The translations under genes and the position numbers were made by a program. Of a stretch of 64,000 nt of DNA, positions 1 to 9,485 are shown in pieces. Each line of letters begins with the position of its first letter. The first letter of the stretch is position 1. The notes under the pieces are model-generated. The model made no database searches. It worked only from the letters and a program-made list of their open reading frames with translations, and was not told where the DNA came from. This DNA comes from Candidatus Daviesbacteria bacterium (GTDB lineage: Bacteria; Patescibacteriota; Microgenomatia; Daviesbacterales; UBA10151): positions 3,657 through 67,656 of the forward strand of contig JAUSHL010000038.1 in the NCBI GenBank assembly GCA_030648645.1, in the 5' to 3' direction.

Positions 1-12
1 GTAGCTCATAAT

Positions 13-510
13 TTGGAAATATCTCCCCCCAAATTTACCTCGCCGATAGGCGGGCCAAAACTAGTCAGAATAGCTCCCAGAATTTTACCTCCCCAACAAC
101 CCATACTTCCCCCATTACCCCAACCTATTCCTCAACCTGTAATTACCATTCCTCTACCACCAAAATTTACACCCTCAACTCCAGTTGTCACTATCGCCGA
201 AAAACCAAAAATGGTGCAAAAGTCTCTGGTTTTAACATCTTTACCCAATGTAGTCAATGGTATTGTGACTGATTTTTCCGGCAATTATATTGAAAATGTG
301 ATTGTGATTATTCACAATCAAGATGGAATTCCGGTTAGAGCCTCCAAAACCAATAAACTAGGTCAATTTTCCGGTGCCACTCCGCTTCCGGCCGGTCTTT
401 ATAATGTCACTTTTGAAAAAGAAGGATTAAGTTTTGAAACTTTACAGATTAATTTAAATAATGAAATTATGCCGGCCTTAAGTATTCAACCAATGAAAGG
501 AATCTCGTGA
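13..510 (+). CDS. Pro-rich protein with C-terminal carboxypeptidase-regulatory-like beta-sandwich motif; first visible gene of a T4SS-like operon (true N-terminus may lie outside window)
   Basis: ORF track; long PQP/PxP low-complexity stretch then VVNGIVTDFSGNYIENVIVII...GLYNVTFEKEG resembling CarbopepD_reg-like folds; stop overlaps GTG start of next gene (GTGA). Confidence 0.3.
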   Translation: MEISPPKFTSPIGGPKLVRIAPRILPPQQPILPPLPQPIPQPVITIPLPPKFTPSTPVVTIAEKPKMVQKSLVLTSLPNVVNGIVTDFSGNYIENVIVIIHNQDGIPVRASKTNKLGQFSGATPLPAGLYNVTFEKEGLSFETLQINLNNEIMPALSIQPMKGIS

Positions 511-1262
511 ATTCTTCCCAAAATTTCATACCAATTAAAAATATTCAGGACGATTTAGTTTTTTTGAATGATGGTGCAGCTAGTATGGTAATTTCCACTT
601 CAGCTGTAAATTTTGGATTATTATTTGAAACTGAACAAATTTCTATTATTGAATCATTTGCCGGTTTTTTAAATTCTTTGTCTTTTCCAATTCAAATTGT
701 AATTTTATCTCATCGGTTAGATATCTCTTCATATTTAAAAACATTAGACAAAGCTCAAAGTTTACAAACTAACCCCAAGCTAAAAGAATTAACCGCCCAT
801 TATCATCAATTCATTGAAAGTATTATTAAAGAAAATGATGTTTTAGATAAAAAATTTTATGTTTGCCTCAATGTTGGATCTGCTGAACTGGGACTATTAT
901 CAAAAAGCATTGCTGATACCAGTAGAAAAGCTTTTACTCTACTATCCCCCAGAAGAGATCATATTATCCGTCAATTAGGACGAATGGGGCTCAAAGCCAG
1001 ACAACTAACCACTAAAGAGCTCATTAAGCTCTTTTATGTGGTTTACAACGACTTGGAAGATATCATAATCGAGGAACCTACCTCACCAAATCCAGGCGGG
1101 ACTGCAAAAATTCCTACTCCAACTATCCCAACTCCACCTCCGGTTTTACAACCTGCTGTTTTACCTGTTGTTCCACCTCCTCAATCCATACCTATATCCA
1201 CACCCCAACCAATTAGCAGATCTGCGCCTTTTATTGTGGAGGAGTTAAATGATGACAACTGA
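507..1262 (+). CDS. VirB4-N-terminal-domain-like protein (resembles the N-terminal region of Gram-positive TrsE/TcpF/PrgJ-type conjugation ATPases) with Pro-rich C-terminal tail
   Basis: Motif IKNIQDDLVFLNDGAASMVISTSAVNFGLL resembles start of VirB4/TrsE proteins; overlaps downstream ATPase gene by 14 nt; ends in PTPTIPTPPPVLQPAVLPVVPPP tail. Confidence 0.4.
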   Translation: MNSSQNFIPIKNIQDDLVFLNDGAASMVISTSAVNFGLLFETEQISIIESFAGFLNSLSFPIQIVILSHRLDISSYLKTLDKAQSLQTNPKLKELTAHYHQFIESIIKENDVLDKKFYVCLNVGSAELGLLSKSIADTSRKAFTLLSPRRDHIIRQLGRMGLKARQLTTKELIKLFYVVYNDLEDIIIEEPTSPNPGGTAKIPTPTIPTPPPVLQPAVLPVVPPPQSIPISTPQPISRSAPFIVEELNDDN

Positions 1263-2988
1263 CCCTAAAAAAAATACTGTTGATTTTTCTTTGGCCGATG
1301 CCATTGCTCCTTTGGAAATTGAGGTAGATTTCGCTCATTTAAGATTAAATCAAACACTATACCGTACTTTTTTTGTTTCAGGCTACCCACGATTCGTTGC
1401 CCCAAATTGGCTGGAACCTTTAATTTCTTTTGAACATTCTTTAAATGTTTCAATGTTTATTTACCCGACTAAATCAGCCGGAGTTTTAGGTGAGTTAAAG
1501 CGAAAAATTGCCGAGATGGAAGCCACTATTCAAACCGATTCCGATCGCGGCAGGGAAATAGATCCGGCAGTATTGGCTTCGTTAGAAGATGCACAAGAGT
1601 TACAGGCACAAATGGTCCGCGGTGCCGAAAGATTTTTTCAATTTAGTTTATATGTCACTGTACCTGCGCAGAATAAAGAAGAATTAAATAATATTTCTAA
1701 ACTCGTGGAATCAACTCTGGGAAGTATCTCTATTACCACTCATCCTGTGACCTTACAGATGACTGAAGGTTTTTCTTCAACTGTTCCTTTGGGTGAAAAT
1801 CCCTTGTATCTAACTCATAACATGGATACAACGTCCTTAGCCACAACATTTCCTTTTACAACCTCAGAACTTACTTCACCTGAAGGAGTGGTTTATGGAA
1901 TCAATGAACACAATGATTCTTTAATTATTTATGACCGGTTTGCCGGAGAAAACGCCAATTCAGTGATACTTGCTACCTCAGGATCCGGCAAATCCTATTT
2001 TATAAAATTGGAAGCTTTAAGGTCATTAATGCTGGGAACAGATGTTATTATCATTGATCCGGAAAAAGAATATGCTCATTTGGCAGAAGCGGTTGGTGGT
2101 GACTATATTAATTTTTCTACCTCCTCTCCTGTTAAAATTAATCCTTTTGATTTGCCTTCTCCAACAACAGAGTCACAAGGTGAAGATGAGTTGGGTAGAA
2201 AAATATTATCGTTGATGGGATTTTTAAAATTGGTTTTAGGTGATCTGAATGCTAATGAAACAGCAATGCTGGATAGGGCAATTAATACTACTTACAGATT
2301 AAAAGGAATTACCAAATCAGCAGATTATCAACAGGGTATGCAACTGCCTTTAATGGAGGATTTATATAAGGTACTAATTGGCATGGAAGATGCGATGTCC
2401 CAAAGTTTGGCCCTGCGACTCGAAAGATTTATCAAAGGATCACTGGCCGGTATTTTTTCTGCCCAGTCAAATGTGCAGATTAATAATCAACTCACAGTAT
2501 TTTCAGTCAGGGATTTACCGGAATCCTTAAGACCATTGGCAATGTATCTAATTTTGGATTATATCTGGACCAAAATCAGATTTGAACTTAAAAAAAGAAT
2601 ACTAATCGTTGATGAAGCTTGGTACATGATGAAATATCCTGATTCGGCAGCATTCTTAGTAGAACTTGTGAAAAGAGCCAGAAAATATTATTTGGGAGTA
2701 ACAACGATCTCACAGGATGTAGAAGATTTTTGGGGAGAAAATAAAGGTAAGGAAATAATTTCCAACTCTGCTATGCAGGTACTATTTAAACAAGCTCCGG
2801 TTTCGATTGAAAGAATTGGAGACACTTTTAATTTATCTCAAGGAGAAAGAAGGTTACTACTTTCAGCAGGAGTTGGAAGAGGGATTTTTTTTGCCGGTAA
2901 TGTTCATGTAGCAATGAGAGTAGTAGCCTCTGAGGAGGAACATAAATTAATTACCACTAAACCGGAAGAGATCATTAAAGCAACATGA
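1249..2988 (+). CDS. virB4: VirB4/TraC/TrsE-family type IV secretion (conjugal transfer) ATPase
   Basis: Walker A ATSGSGKSYF, Walker B ILIVDEAWYM, conserved N-region YRTFFVSGYPRFVAPNWLEPL typical of the VirB4 family; operon with neighbours. Confidence 0.75.
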   Translation: MMTTDPKKNTVDFSLADAIAPLEIEVDFAHLRLNQTLYRTFFVSGYPRFVAPNWLEPLISFEHSLNVSMFIYPTKSAGVLGELKRKIAEMEATIQTDSDRGREIDPAVLASLEDAQELQAQMVRGAERFFQFSLYVTVPAQNKEELNNISKLVESTLGSISITTHPVTLQMTEGFSSTVPLGENPLYLTHNMDTTSLATTFPFTTSELTSPEGVVYGINEHNDSLIIYDRFAGENANSVILATSGSGKSYFIKLEALRSLMLGTDVIIIDPEKEYAHLAEAVGGDYINFSTSSPVKINPFDLPSPTTESQGEDELGRKILSLMGFLKLVLGDLNANETAMLDRAINTTYRLKGITKSADYQQGMQLPLMEDLYKVLIGMEDAMSQSLALRLERFIKGSLAGIFSAQSNVQINNQLTVFSVRDLPESLRPLAMYLILDYIWTKIRFELKKRILIVDEAWYMMKYPDSAAFLVELVKRARKYYLGVTTISQDVEDFWGENKGKEIISNSAMQVLFKQAPVSIERIGDTFNLSQGERRLLLSAGVGRGIFFAGNVHVAMRVVASEEEHKLITTKPEEIIKAT

Positions 2989-4607
2989 ATGAACAAAATC
3001 AATTTTCTGCAAAATTATTACAAAACACTAAGGATTTAGTTTCCCTTTATAATACCGACAGTGAATTTAAGAAAGTCTTCAATAGGTTAGTGACTGTTCC
3101 TAAAGTAACATATAAAGGACAACTTCTGCGTACTTACGTTCACATAATTGCTGTCACTACTCCTAAATATTATCCGTTTGAAAGAAAGGTTGGTAATTCA
3201 CCGGAAAAATATGAGGAGCTATTCACTTCTTTTTATAAAGATCCACGGGGATATTCTGTGCTTGCAAAAAATTTAACAGATATTAAAAATGGAAAATATT
3301 CTTTACCTTTGACTCCTCAGGAACTAAAACTTCTGCAGGAATTAGATAAAATGCCGGATGATAATTCCAAATTATCTGCCGGTGATAAAAAGAAAAAGGA
3401 AGAAATTATTACCAAAATATCCGGAGGTTCCGGACATACTGATCAGAAAATCGCTGAAGAAAATAAAATTAAAGAAGACAAAGAAAAACAGGAACAAACA
3501 CAGACAGAGGAGCAAAAACCGGCAGAAAAAACCGAAGAAAAAGTAGTCGAAACACCGGTAATAATTGTTCCGGAAACCTCAGGCTTAAAAGATGTTAATG
3601 GTGAGCCTTTAAAGGTTTACAATCCTCAACCTATTTCCGCAATCACTCCTCCCATTATTATTCCTACTATCACTTCTATTCCGATGTCTGATTCTGCCCC
3701 ATCCGGCTCTTCTTCTGCCTCTGGGCCATCCTTTCATCTTCCTTCAGTCCGTCTTCCTTCAAGTGTTAAAGAGGGTTTAAAAAACAGTATGTCAAAAGCT
3801 AAAATATCTGCCGGTAATTTTTTAAAGAAAACTTTCCCAAAAGCTTCAAAGGGTATATTAAAAGGCTTAGGACTGGGAGCAAAAACAGCTGCCGGACTGG
3901 GAGCCAAAGCGGGATTGGCTGCCACCGGAGTTGGTGCACCTGTCGCTGCCGCTTTAATGGCACCAGATATTATTAAAGCCGGATTAAAAATTGCAAAATA
4001 TGTTGCCATTATTGTTGGAGCAATTATATTTTACTTTTTATTTAGTGATGTAAACCAAACAGGTTCACTATTTTCTCCCGGTACAATCACTGAATCAGCC
4101 GTTTTGCCACCGGAAGACACATATATCGCCTCCTGTCCTGCCTCAGGAAAAATAAGTTACCCTTCATATCGTGAAAATGGTCATTGCTCCGAAGGCTATG
4201 GTTTTGGTTGTCCTTGCACTCCGGTCGGACAGGGAAGACGGGCCAATGCCATCGATGTTTACACAAATAATCAAAGCATTATTCTGCCAAAAATCGATGA
4301 ACAAAATGTTCAATGGCAATTAATTGCCAAAAATTATCCGGTTAATAGTTCGGAAGGTGGGGGGTTTGGAGATACTTTTAAAGCATCCGTGGGAGGTGAT
4401 ACTTGGTTTTTAGATTTAATCCATCTTCAATCAATCAATCTTGAAACAAATATATTGTATCCATCCGGACAATCTATTGCCCAATCTGACGGACCAATTG
4501 TTCATATTAGTATTGGTAAAAATATTCAAGATCCGGTAGTTATTAGTCCCGGCAGTAGTTATGATTGTTCACCTAATTGGATTCCGGCTGATTTTATGTG
4601 TCAATAA
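2985..4607 (+). CDS. T4SS-operon membrane protein: K/E-rich N-domain, Pro/Ser-rich linker, single TM segment, Cys-rich C-terminal extracytoplasmic domain (possible hydrolase)
   Basis: ORF track; hydrophobic stretch ...AKYVAIIVGAIIFYFLF; C-terminal region with many Cys/His (GHCSEGYGFGCPCT...); 4-nt overlap with virB4 stop. Confidence 0.3.
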   Translation: MNEQNQFSAKLLQNTKDLVSLYNTDSEFKKVFNRLVTVPKVTYKGQLLRTYVHIIAVTTPKYYPFERKVGNSPEKYEELFTSFYKDPRGYSVLAKNLTDIKNGKYSLPLTPQELKLLQELDKMPDDNSKLSAGDKKKKEEIITKISGGSGHTDQKIAEENKIKEDKEKQEQTQTEEQKPAEKTEEKVVETPVIIVPETSGLKDVNGEPLKVYNPQPISAITPPIIIPTITSIPMSDSAPSGSSSASGPSFHLPSVRLPSSVKEGLKNSMSKAKISAGNFLKKTFPKASKGILKGLGLGAKTAAGLGAKAGLAATGVGAPVAAALMAPDIIKAGLKIAKYVAIIVGAIIFYFLFSDVNQTGSLFSPGTITESAVLPPEDTYIASCPASGKISYPSYRENGHCSEGYGFGCPCTPVGQGRRANAIDVYTNNQSIILPKIDEQNVQWQLIAKNYPVNSSEGGGFGDTFKASVGGDTWFLDLIHLQSINLETNILYPSGQSIAQSDGPIVHISIGKNIQDPVVISPGSSYDCSPNWIPADFMCQ

Positions 4608-4625
4608 TGTATAATAATAAATAAG

Positions 4626-5105
4626 ATGCCAAAACTTAATTTAAAACAAATTATTATTGCAATTGTCACAATAATTGGAGCATTACTGATCTTAATTTTT
4701 GGCAGAGGGTTATATTCTTCCCCACCAGCTTCTCAAAAAAACACAGCAGTAAAATCTGCCCAAACAGAGACAAAAGATGAAAATAATAAAGAAATAAAAG
4801 TAGTTTCCACTAACCCTGAAGATCTGGACGGCTCAACAATTTTACCCAACCAAACCATCGAAATAACTTTCAATCAGCCAATGGAAAACAGAGGTGAATT
4901 TAAAAATAAAATTGAACCTCCCGCAGATTATGAAATCAAGCTTTCTGATGACCGGAAAACTGCCAAAATTATTTTAGCCAAACCATTTAAATTAGGCACA
5001 GGTTATACTTTATTTATAAAATCTGATACAAAATTCGATGGAAAGAAAACTTTAGATAAAGAAATAATTTATCATTTTAATACAATATCATACAAAGGAG
5101 TTTAA
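4626..5105 (+). CDS. small secreted/membrane-anchored protein (N-terminal TM, possible Ig-like domain)
   Basis: N-terminal hydrophobic IIIAIVTIIGALLILIF; last gene of same-strand cluster. Confidence 0.3.
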   Translation: MPKLNLKQIIIAIVTIIGALLILIFGRGLYSSPPASQKNTAVKSAQTETKDENNKEIKVVSTNPEDLDGSTILPNQTIEITFNQPMENRGEFKNKIEPPADYEIKLSDDRKTAKIILAKPFKLGTGYTLFIKSDTKFDGKKTLDKEIIYHFNTISYKGV

Positions 5106-5169
5106 TTTTAAATTTTTAATTTTAAATTTTAAAATTGATTTAAAATTTGATTTTTGAGTTTTAAAATTA

Positions 5170-6270
5170 TCAACTTAGATTCACCGGCATTATAATATAT
5201 TGTAACCCCTCTTCTCCAATTGGTTTAATTAAAGTCGCAGATAAAATCCCGGAAAATTCCATTACTACCTTTGTGGTATTTAAATTAGAAAAAGCATCAA
5301 TTAAAAACTTAGTATTAAAAGCAATAGCAATATCTTCTCCCTCTTTTTCTGCTTCAAATTGTTTTTCCTGACTCCCCAACTCTTTTGCCTCAGAACTTAA
5401 AATAATTTTTCCCTCCAGACAATTTAATTTAACAATATTGGCTTCATTTCGGGAAAACACAGCTGCCAATTTTACTGCTTTCAAAAATCCACTTCTGTCT
5501 AAAATAACTTTAGTAATTACTTTTTCCGGAATAATTTTTTCCCAAGCCGGAAATTGTCCTTCAATCAAGCGGGAGGATACTTGGGTATTACCAAAAGAAA
5601 AAATCATTTGATTATTATCTTCCGACACGGCAATTTTAACCAAATCAGCAGAATCTTCTGAAATTAAACGGACAATTTCTTCAAAAGTCCTCTTTGGCAC
5701 TAAAGCTTTAAAAGAAGATGTTTCGGCAATCGGCACAATTTTATGTGCCAGACGATAACCGTCGGTGGCAACCAATTGTAGTTTTTTATCTTTTATCTCC
5801 GTTAAAATTCCGGTTAAAGTTGGTCTGCCATCATCCATGGCGGCGGCAAAAATAATTTCCGGCAAAGATTTAACTAAAATTTCCGATTCAATTGAAACTG
5901 TATCTTTCCCAAGTAAAGGAATTGATGGAAATTCCAAAGCCGAAATACCGTTTAATTTGGAAGAAAAAGTCGGAGTAGAAATTTCTATTTGATCATTACT
6001 TCCACTTATTTCAATTTTTTCACCTGATAAATTAGCAATTACTTCCACAAAAGTTTTAGCCGGCACTGTCACTTCTCCTTCTTCTAAAATTTCGGCATTA
6101 ATAAATTTTACTACGCCAATTTCTAAGTTTGTGGAAGAAAGTTTTAATTTTCCGGAAGAAGCCTGAACTAAAACATTGCCCAAAACCGGAAGTTGTGCAC
6201 GCACACCAGTTGATCTGGCGACAGCTTGCAGTGTGGGTATTAAATCCTGTTGTAAGATTATAAATTTCAT
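5170..6270 (-). CDS. dnaN: DNA polymerase III beta subunit (sliding clamp)
   Basis: N-terminus MKFIILQQDLIPTLQAVARSTGVRAQLPVLGNVLV typical of DnaN; 366 aa; adjacent to dnaA. Confidence 0.9.
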   Translation of the reverse strand: MKFIILQQDLIPTLQAVARSTGVRAQLPVLGNVLVQASSGKLKLSSTNLEIGVVKFINAEILEEGEVTVPAKTFVEVIANLSGEKIEISGSNDQIEISTPTFSSKLNGISALEFPSIPLLGKDTVSIESEILVKSLPEIIFAAAMDDGRPTLTGILTEIKDKKLQLVATDGYRLAHKIVPIAETSSFKALVPKRTFEEIVRLISEDSADLVKIAVSEDNNQMIFSFGNTQVSSRLIEGQFPAWEKIIPEKVITKVILDRSGFLKAVKLAAVFSRNEANIVKLNCLEGKIILSSEAKELGSQEKQFEAEKEGEDIAIAFNTKFLIDAFSNLNTTKVVMEFSGILSATLIKPIGEEGLQYIIMPVNLS

Positions 6271-6354
6271 ATTTTTATAATGAGTATAATTTTAAATTTT
6301 AAATTTTAAATTTTAAAATTGCTTTAAAATTTTAATTTTGGATTTTAAAATTAC

Positions 6355-6816
6355 TCATTTTCCTCTGGTGACAAACCCATGTACTTCTTCTTCACTAACT
6401 TTAATCAATCTAAAATTAACTCTCCCGGTTGTAATTAGGTTTTTAATGTGTTTTTCCTCTTCTGTCAAGACATGAAAATTTCCTGACTTTACTTCAATAA
6501 AATCAATTCTCTCATTATTTTTAATACCAATAAAATCTACAGGCTGACCTAAAGGAATAATCCGGTCATAATCATATCTAAGTTCAGCATAAGTTAAAAG
6601 CTCAGCCATTTTCCCCTTTTGCGGATTAATTGATCCCTGAATAGTTTGCAATACTCTGGCTGGTAAATCCTGTAATCCTTTGTACAGATCAATTAAATCA
6701 GTTGGAATATCACTCCCACCCTTGCGGTGAAGCCTGCCAAACAAATAAGCTACCAATAAGGCTAAAATACCTATTAAAATGTAAATAAAAGTTTGATCCA
6801 TTGTTAGTTTGTCCAC
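6355..6816 (-). CDS. membrane-anchored protein with putative PD-(D/E)xK nuclease-like fold
   Basis: N-terminal TM helix; PVDFIGI...(11 aa)...DFIEVKSG resembles D...(D/E)xK core of Hjc/Mrr-like nucleases; sits between dnaA and dnaN. Confidence 0.3.
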   Translation of the reverse strand: MDKLTMDQTFIYILIGILALLVAYLFGRLHRKGGSDIPTDLIDLYKGLQDLPARVLQTIQGSINPQKGKMAELLTYAELRYDYDRIIPLGQPVDFIGIKNNERIDFIEVKSGNFHVLTEEEKHIKNLITTGRVNFRLIKVSEEEVHGFVTRGK

Positions 6817-7124
6817 ATAGAGCCTGAACTACTTTTTGTAATTAATAAAATAGTAGTAGTATTTATAGGCAGTGTTGATAAGTGTATAAATAGGGTATAT
6901 TTATGAGTAATTGATTGGTGGATAAGCATAGAATCATTTTACAGCTTCAACGAACAACAAACAACAGTCTGTTTACTCTCGAGCTTTTGTCTTATTTTCG
7001 TGTGTAAAAAGTATAGTCAACTTGGGGATAAGTTAGTGGATAACTTCATGTGTAATGTGGAAAACTCTGGAAGAATGAAGAATGAAGAATGAAGAATGAA
7101 GAATTAAGAATTAAGAATTAAGAA
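6808..7124. promoter_or_regulatory. dnaA-dnaN intergenic region with a cluster of DnaA-box-like 9-mers; candidate oriC segment
   Basis: TTGTCCACA (6808-6816), TGTTGATAA (6873-6881, reverse of TTATCAACA), GTGGATAAG (~6919), GGGATAAG (~7025), TGGATAAC (~7037); AT-rich; heptamer tandem repeat at 7071-7127. Confidence 0.6.
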
Positions 7125-7127
7125 TTA
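7071..7127. repeat. 7-nt tandem repeat (AAGAATG x3 then AAGAATT x4) abutting dnaA stop codon
   Basis: Directly visible: gaagaatgaagaatgaagaatgaagaattaagaattaagaattaagaatta. Confidence 0.9.
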
Positions 7128-8459
7128 ATCCAATAATTTTTGCTTTATCTCTCCAATAATTTTTTGAATTTCACTGTCTGTATTTAAAATTACCCCAATT
7201 TTTTCTACGCCGTGCATAATAGTTGTGTGATCTCTTCCTCCCAACATTTCACCGATCTTTTCATAAGGTAGTTTACAGTCTTGATATAAGATATACATAG
7301 CAATCTGACGGGATCTGACGAGATCTTTTTTACGGTTTGGTCCCACTAAATCTGCCATTTTAATATCAAAATATTGATTAATACCGGCTAAAACCTTTTT
7401 TTGATCAATTTTAAAGCCACTGGTTACACTTACTTTTCCCAACAGAAATCGGACATTTTCCTCATTAAATTCTTTCCCTGTGAGTTTTAAGGTTTGAATA
7501 ATCTGCATTAATTTACCTTCTAACTCACGCCCATTGGTAGAGATATTTTCAGCAATTAAAGTTAAACAATTTTCCGGAATATCATCCCCTTTTTCCTTAC
7601 ATTTAGCCTTTAAAATTGCGACCCTAGTATCAAAATCAGGAAGTTGAATATCAACCATCATTCCTCCCTGAAAACGGGAAGCCAAACGGGGTTCTAATTT
7701 CTGAATTTCATGAGGAGGACGGTCGGCTGTGACAATAATTTGGATATTTTTACCTTGTAGATCATTAAAAGTGTGAAAAAATTCTTCCTGTGTTGAATCA
7801 CGGCCGGATAAAAATTGGACATCATCAATTAGTAATAAATTACAGCTCCTATATTTAGTTCTAAATTGGGTCATACTTTTGGTCTGAATCCCCTGTACTA
7901 AATCATTGGTAAATTGCTCCAGTGGTGAGTAAATTATTTTTAAATTAGGATTTTTTTTAAGAAGAGCGTGTCCTACACCGACCATTAAATGAGTCTTTCC
8001 TACTCCGGTTCCGCCATATAAAAATAAAGGATTGTAAGAAAGTCCGGGATTGGCAATGACAGCTTGGGCTGCAGCATAGGCTAGATTGTTAGAAAGTCCA
8101 ACCACAAAATTCTCCAGAGAATATTTGGGATTTAAGTTGGTAATATTAGTTTTTGGGGTACTGGAAAATAAATTTAGTTCAAAATTATCATCTTCCGGAT
8201 TTTCTTCAGAGCGAGATTTAGTACTGCTCACTCTCAAATCAATTGGAATGGGCTTACCTAGGATCTGTTTTACAGCTTCTTCTAATACATCCTGATGTTT
8301 AGTATGGATTTCCTGCTTGATAAAATGAGTTGCTACAAAAATCACAAATTTTCCATCCACTTCCCCATCACAACTAGCCTTAGCAAACCACATTTTGTAA
8401 TTTATCGGAGAAACCTGATCTTTTATTATTTCCAGTACTTTATGCCATTCTTTATTCAT
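7125..8459 (-). CDS. dnaA: chromosomal replication initiator protein DnaA
   Basis: AAA+ Walker A GGTGVGKTHL, DnaA box-binding C-terminal domain; 444 aa; followed by dnaN. Confidence 0.95.
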   Translation of the reverse strand: MNKEWHKVLEIIKDQVSPINYKMWFAKASCDGEVDGKFVIFVATHFIKQEIHTKHQDVLEEAVKQILGKPIPIDLRVSSTKSRSEENPEDDNFELNLFSSTPKTNITNLNPKYSLENFVVGLSNNLAYAAAQAVIANPGLSYNPLFLYGGTGVGKTHLMVGVGHALLKKNPNLKIIYSPLEQFTNDLVQGIQTKSMTQFRTKYRSCNLLLIDDVQFLSGRDSTQEEFFHTFNDLQGKNIQIIVTADRPPHEIQKLEPRLASRFQGGMMVDIQLPDFDTRVAILKAKCKEKGDDIPENCLTLIAENISTNGRELEGKLMQIIQTLKLTGKEFNEENVRFLLGKVSVTSGFKIDQKKVLAGINQYFDIKMADLVGPNRKKDLVRSRQIAMYILYQDCKLPYEKIGEMLGGRDHTTIMHGVEKIGVILNTDSEIQKIIGEIKQKLLD

Positions 8460-8647
8460 ATGTTATATCCAAAATTCTTATTTTGGATTCAAGCCATTTA
8501 ATGAGAATTATGCATCCGAGTTAAATTGGCTTATCCACATCCCAGATTCTAGTGTATAAGTTATCCACATTGAAAGATGGAGGAAGTATAAATAACTAGA
8601 TCAATTTTTATATTTAAAGATAATAATTTTTGTGATACTGTAAATAT
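8460..8647. promoter_or_regulatory. dnaA upstream region with two perfect DnaA boxes; candidate oriC segment / dnaA autoregulation
   Basis: TTATCCACA at 8531-8539 and 8561-8569. Confidence 0.65.
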
Positions 8648-9298
8648 ATGACAAATAATGATTTAGTTTATGGATTTTTAGACGAGTCTCCTAATTTACA
8701 GGATAAATTTGCTTTCTTTTCAGTAGTTATTATATTAAGCACTAACCCAGATGAGAAAAGTTATAGATCAATTTTTAAAAAAACTCGCAAGAATGTTCTT
8801 AAAAAGAAACAGAAAGAAATCCCTGAATTAAAGTTTGCCAATTCTACTCCTCAAGTAAGAATTAAAATACTGAAGGCCATTGGTAAAAGATCTATTAAAA
8901 TATCTGCTTATATTTTGGATAAAGCAGGAAGACGTATACCAGATACGCCTGAAAATTATGGTATTGTGGCTGGTTTTGCGATTAGTGAGGTATTAAAGAA
9001 ATACCCTGTTATTGTTTTAACTTTTGATAAAAAATATACCAAAGTTAAAGATCAAGAAGAAGTGGAGAGAGTAACATTAAAAGTTGTAGCTAAAGTTTTA
9101 AAGAAAGGTGTATTACAGTTTAAGGAGCATGGTGATAGCAAAGCAAACAGTATACTTCAAATGGCAGATTTTGTAGCTGGGGCAGTAAGTTATAAATACA
9201 ATTTGAATGATAAGAGCTACTGGGAGTTGATAAAGGATTTAATTGAACAGGAAAATAAGGAATCATGGATAGATATTAAAGCAATTTATAAGCAATAA
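8648..9298 (+). CDS. DUF3800-like protein (accessory cassette gene)
   Basis: N-terminal VYGFLDESPN resembles the Y-x-DESG signature of DUF3800; bracketed by repeat modules. Confidence 0.3.
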   Translation: MTNNDLVYGFLDESPNLQDKFAFFSVVIILSTNPDEKSYRSIFKKTRKNVLKKKQKEIPELKFANSTPQVRIKILKAIGKRSIKISAYILDKAGRRIPDTPENYGIVAGFAISEVLKKYPVIVLTFDKKYTKVKDQEEVERVTLKVVAKVLKKGVLQFKEHGDSKANSILQMADFVAGAVSYKYNLNDKSYWELIKDLIEQENKESWIDIKAIYKQ

Positions 9299-9485
9299 AA
9301 AAGAATAGTCAATCCCTGGGCTCCGATTCTCACCGCCTTTTTCGAGGGTAAACCCCGATGGGTCTACTTTGCACGGAATAAGACCGCTATTGCTGGACTA
9401 GAGATCCCAGGACTTACTCGACTATTCTTGATTAAGATTGTACCAAATTTTCACCAATTTTTCAAGGCCCAGATTTTAAAATAAC

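Noticed and set aside
3358-4009. Small ORFs 3358-3546 (+) and 3734-4009 (-) within the 540-aa T4SS-operon gene
   Set aside because: They are alternative-frame or antisense reads through K/E-rich and Ala/Gly-rich low-complexity coding sequence.
6941-6980. tmRNA-like tag region (acgaacaacaaacaacag...)
   Set aside because: There is no tRNA-like acceptor or T-arm sequence nearby, no ANDENYALAA-type reading frame ending in a stop, and it lies inside the DnaA-box region.
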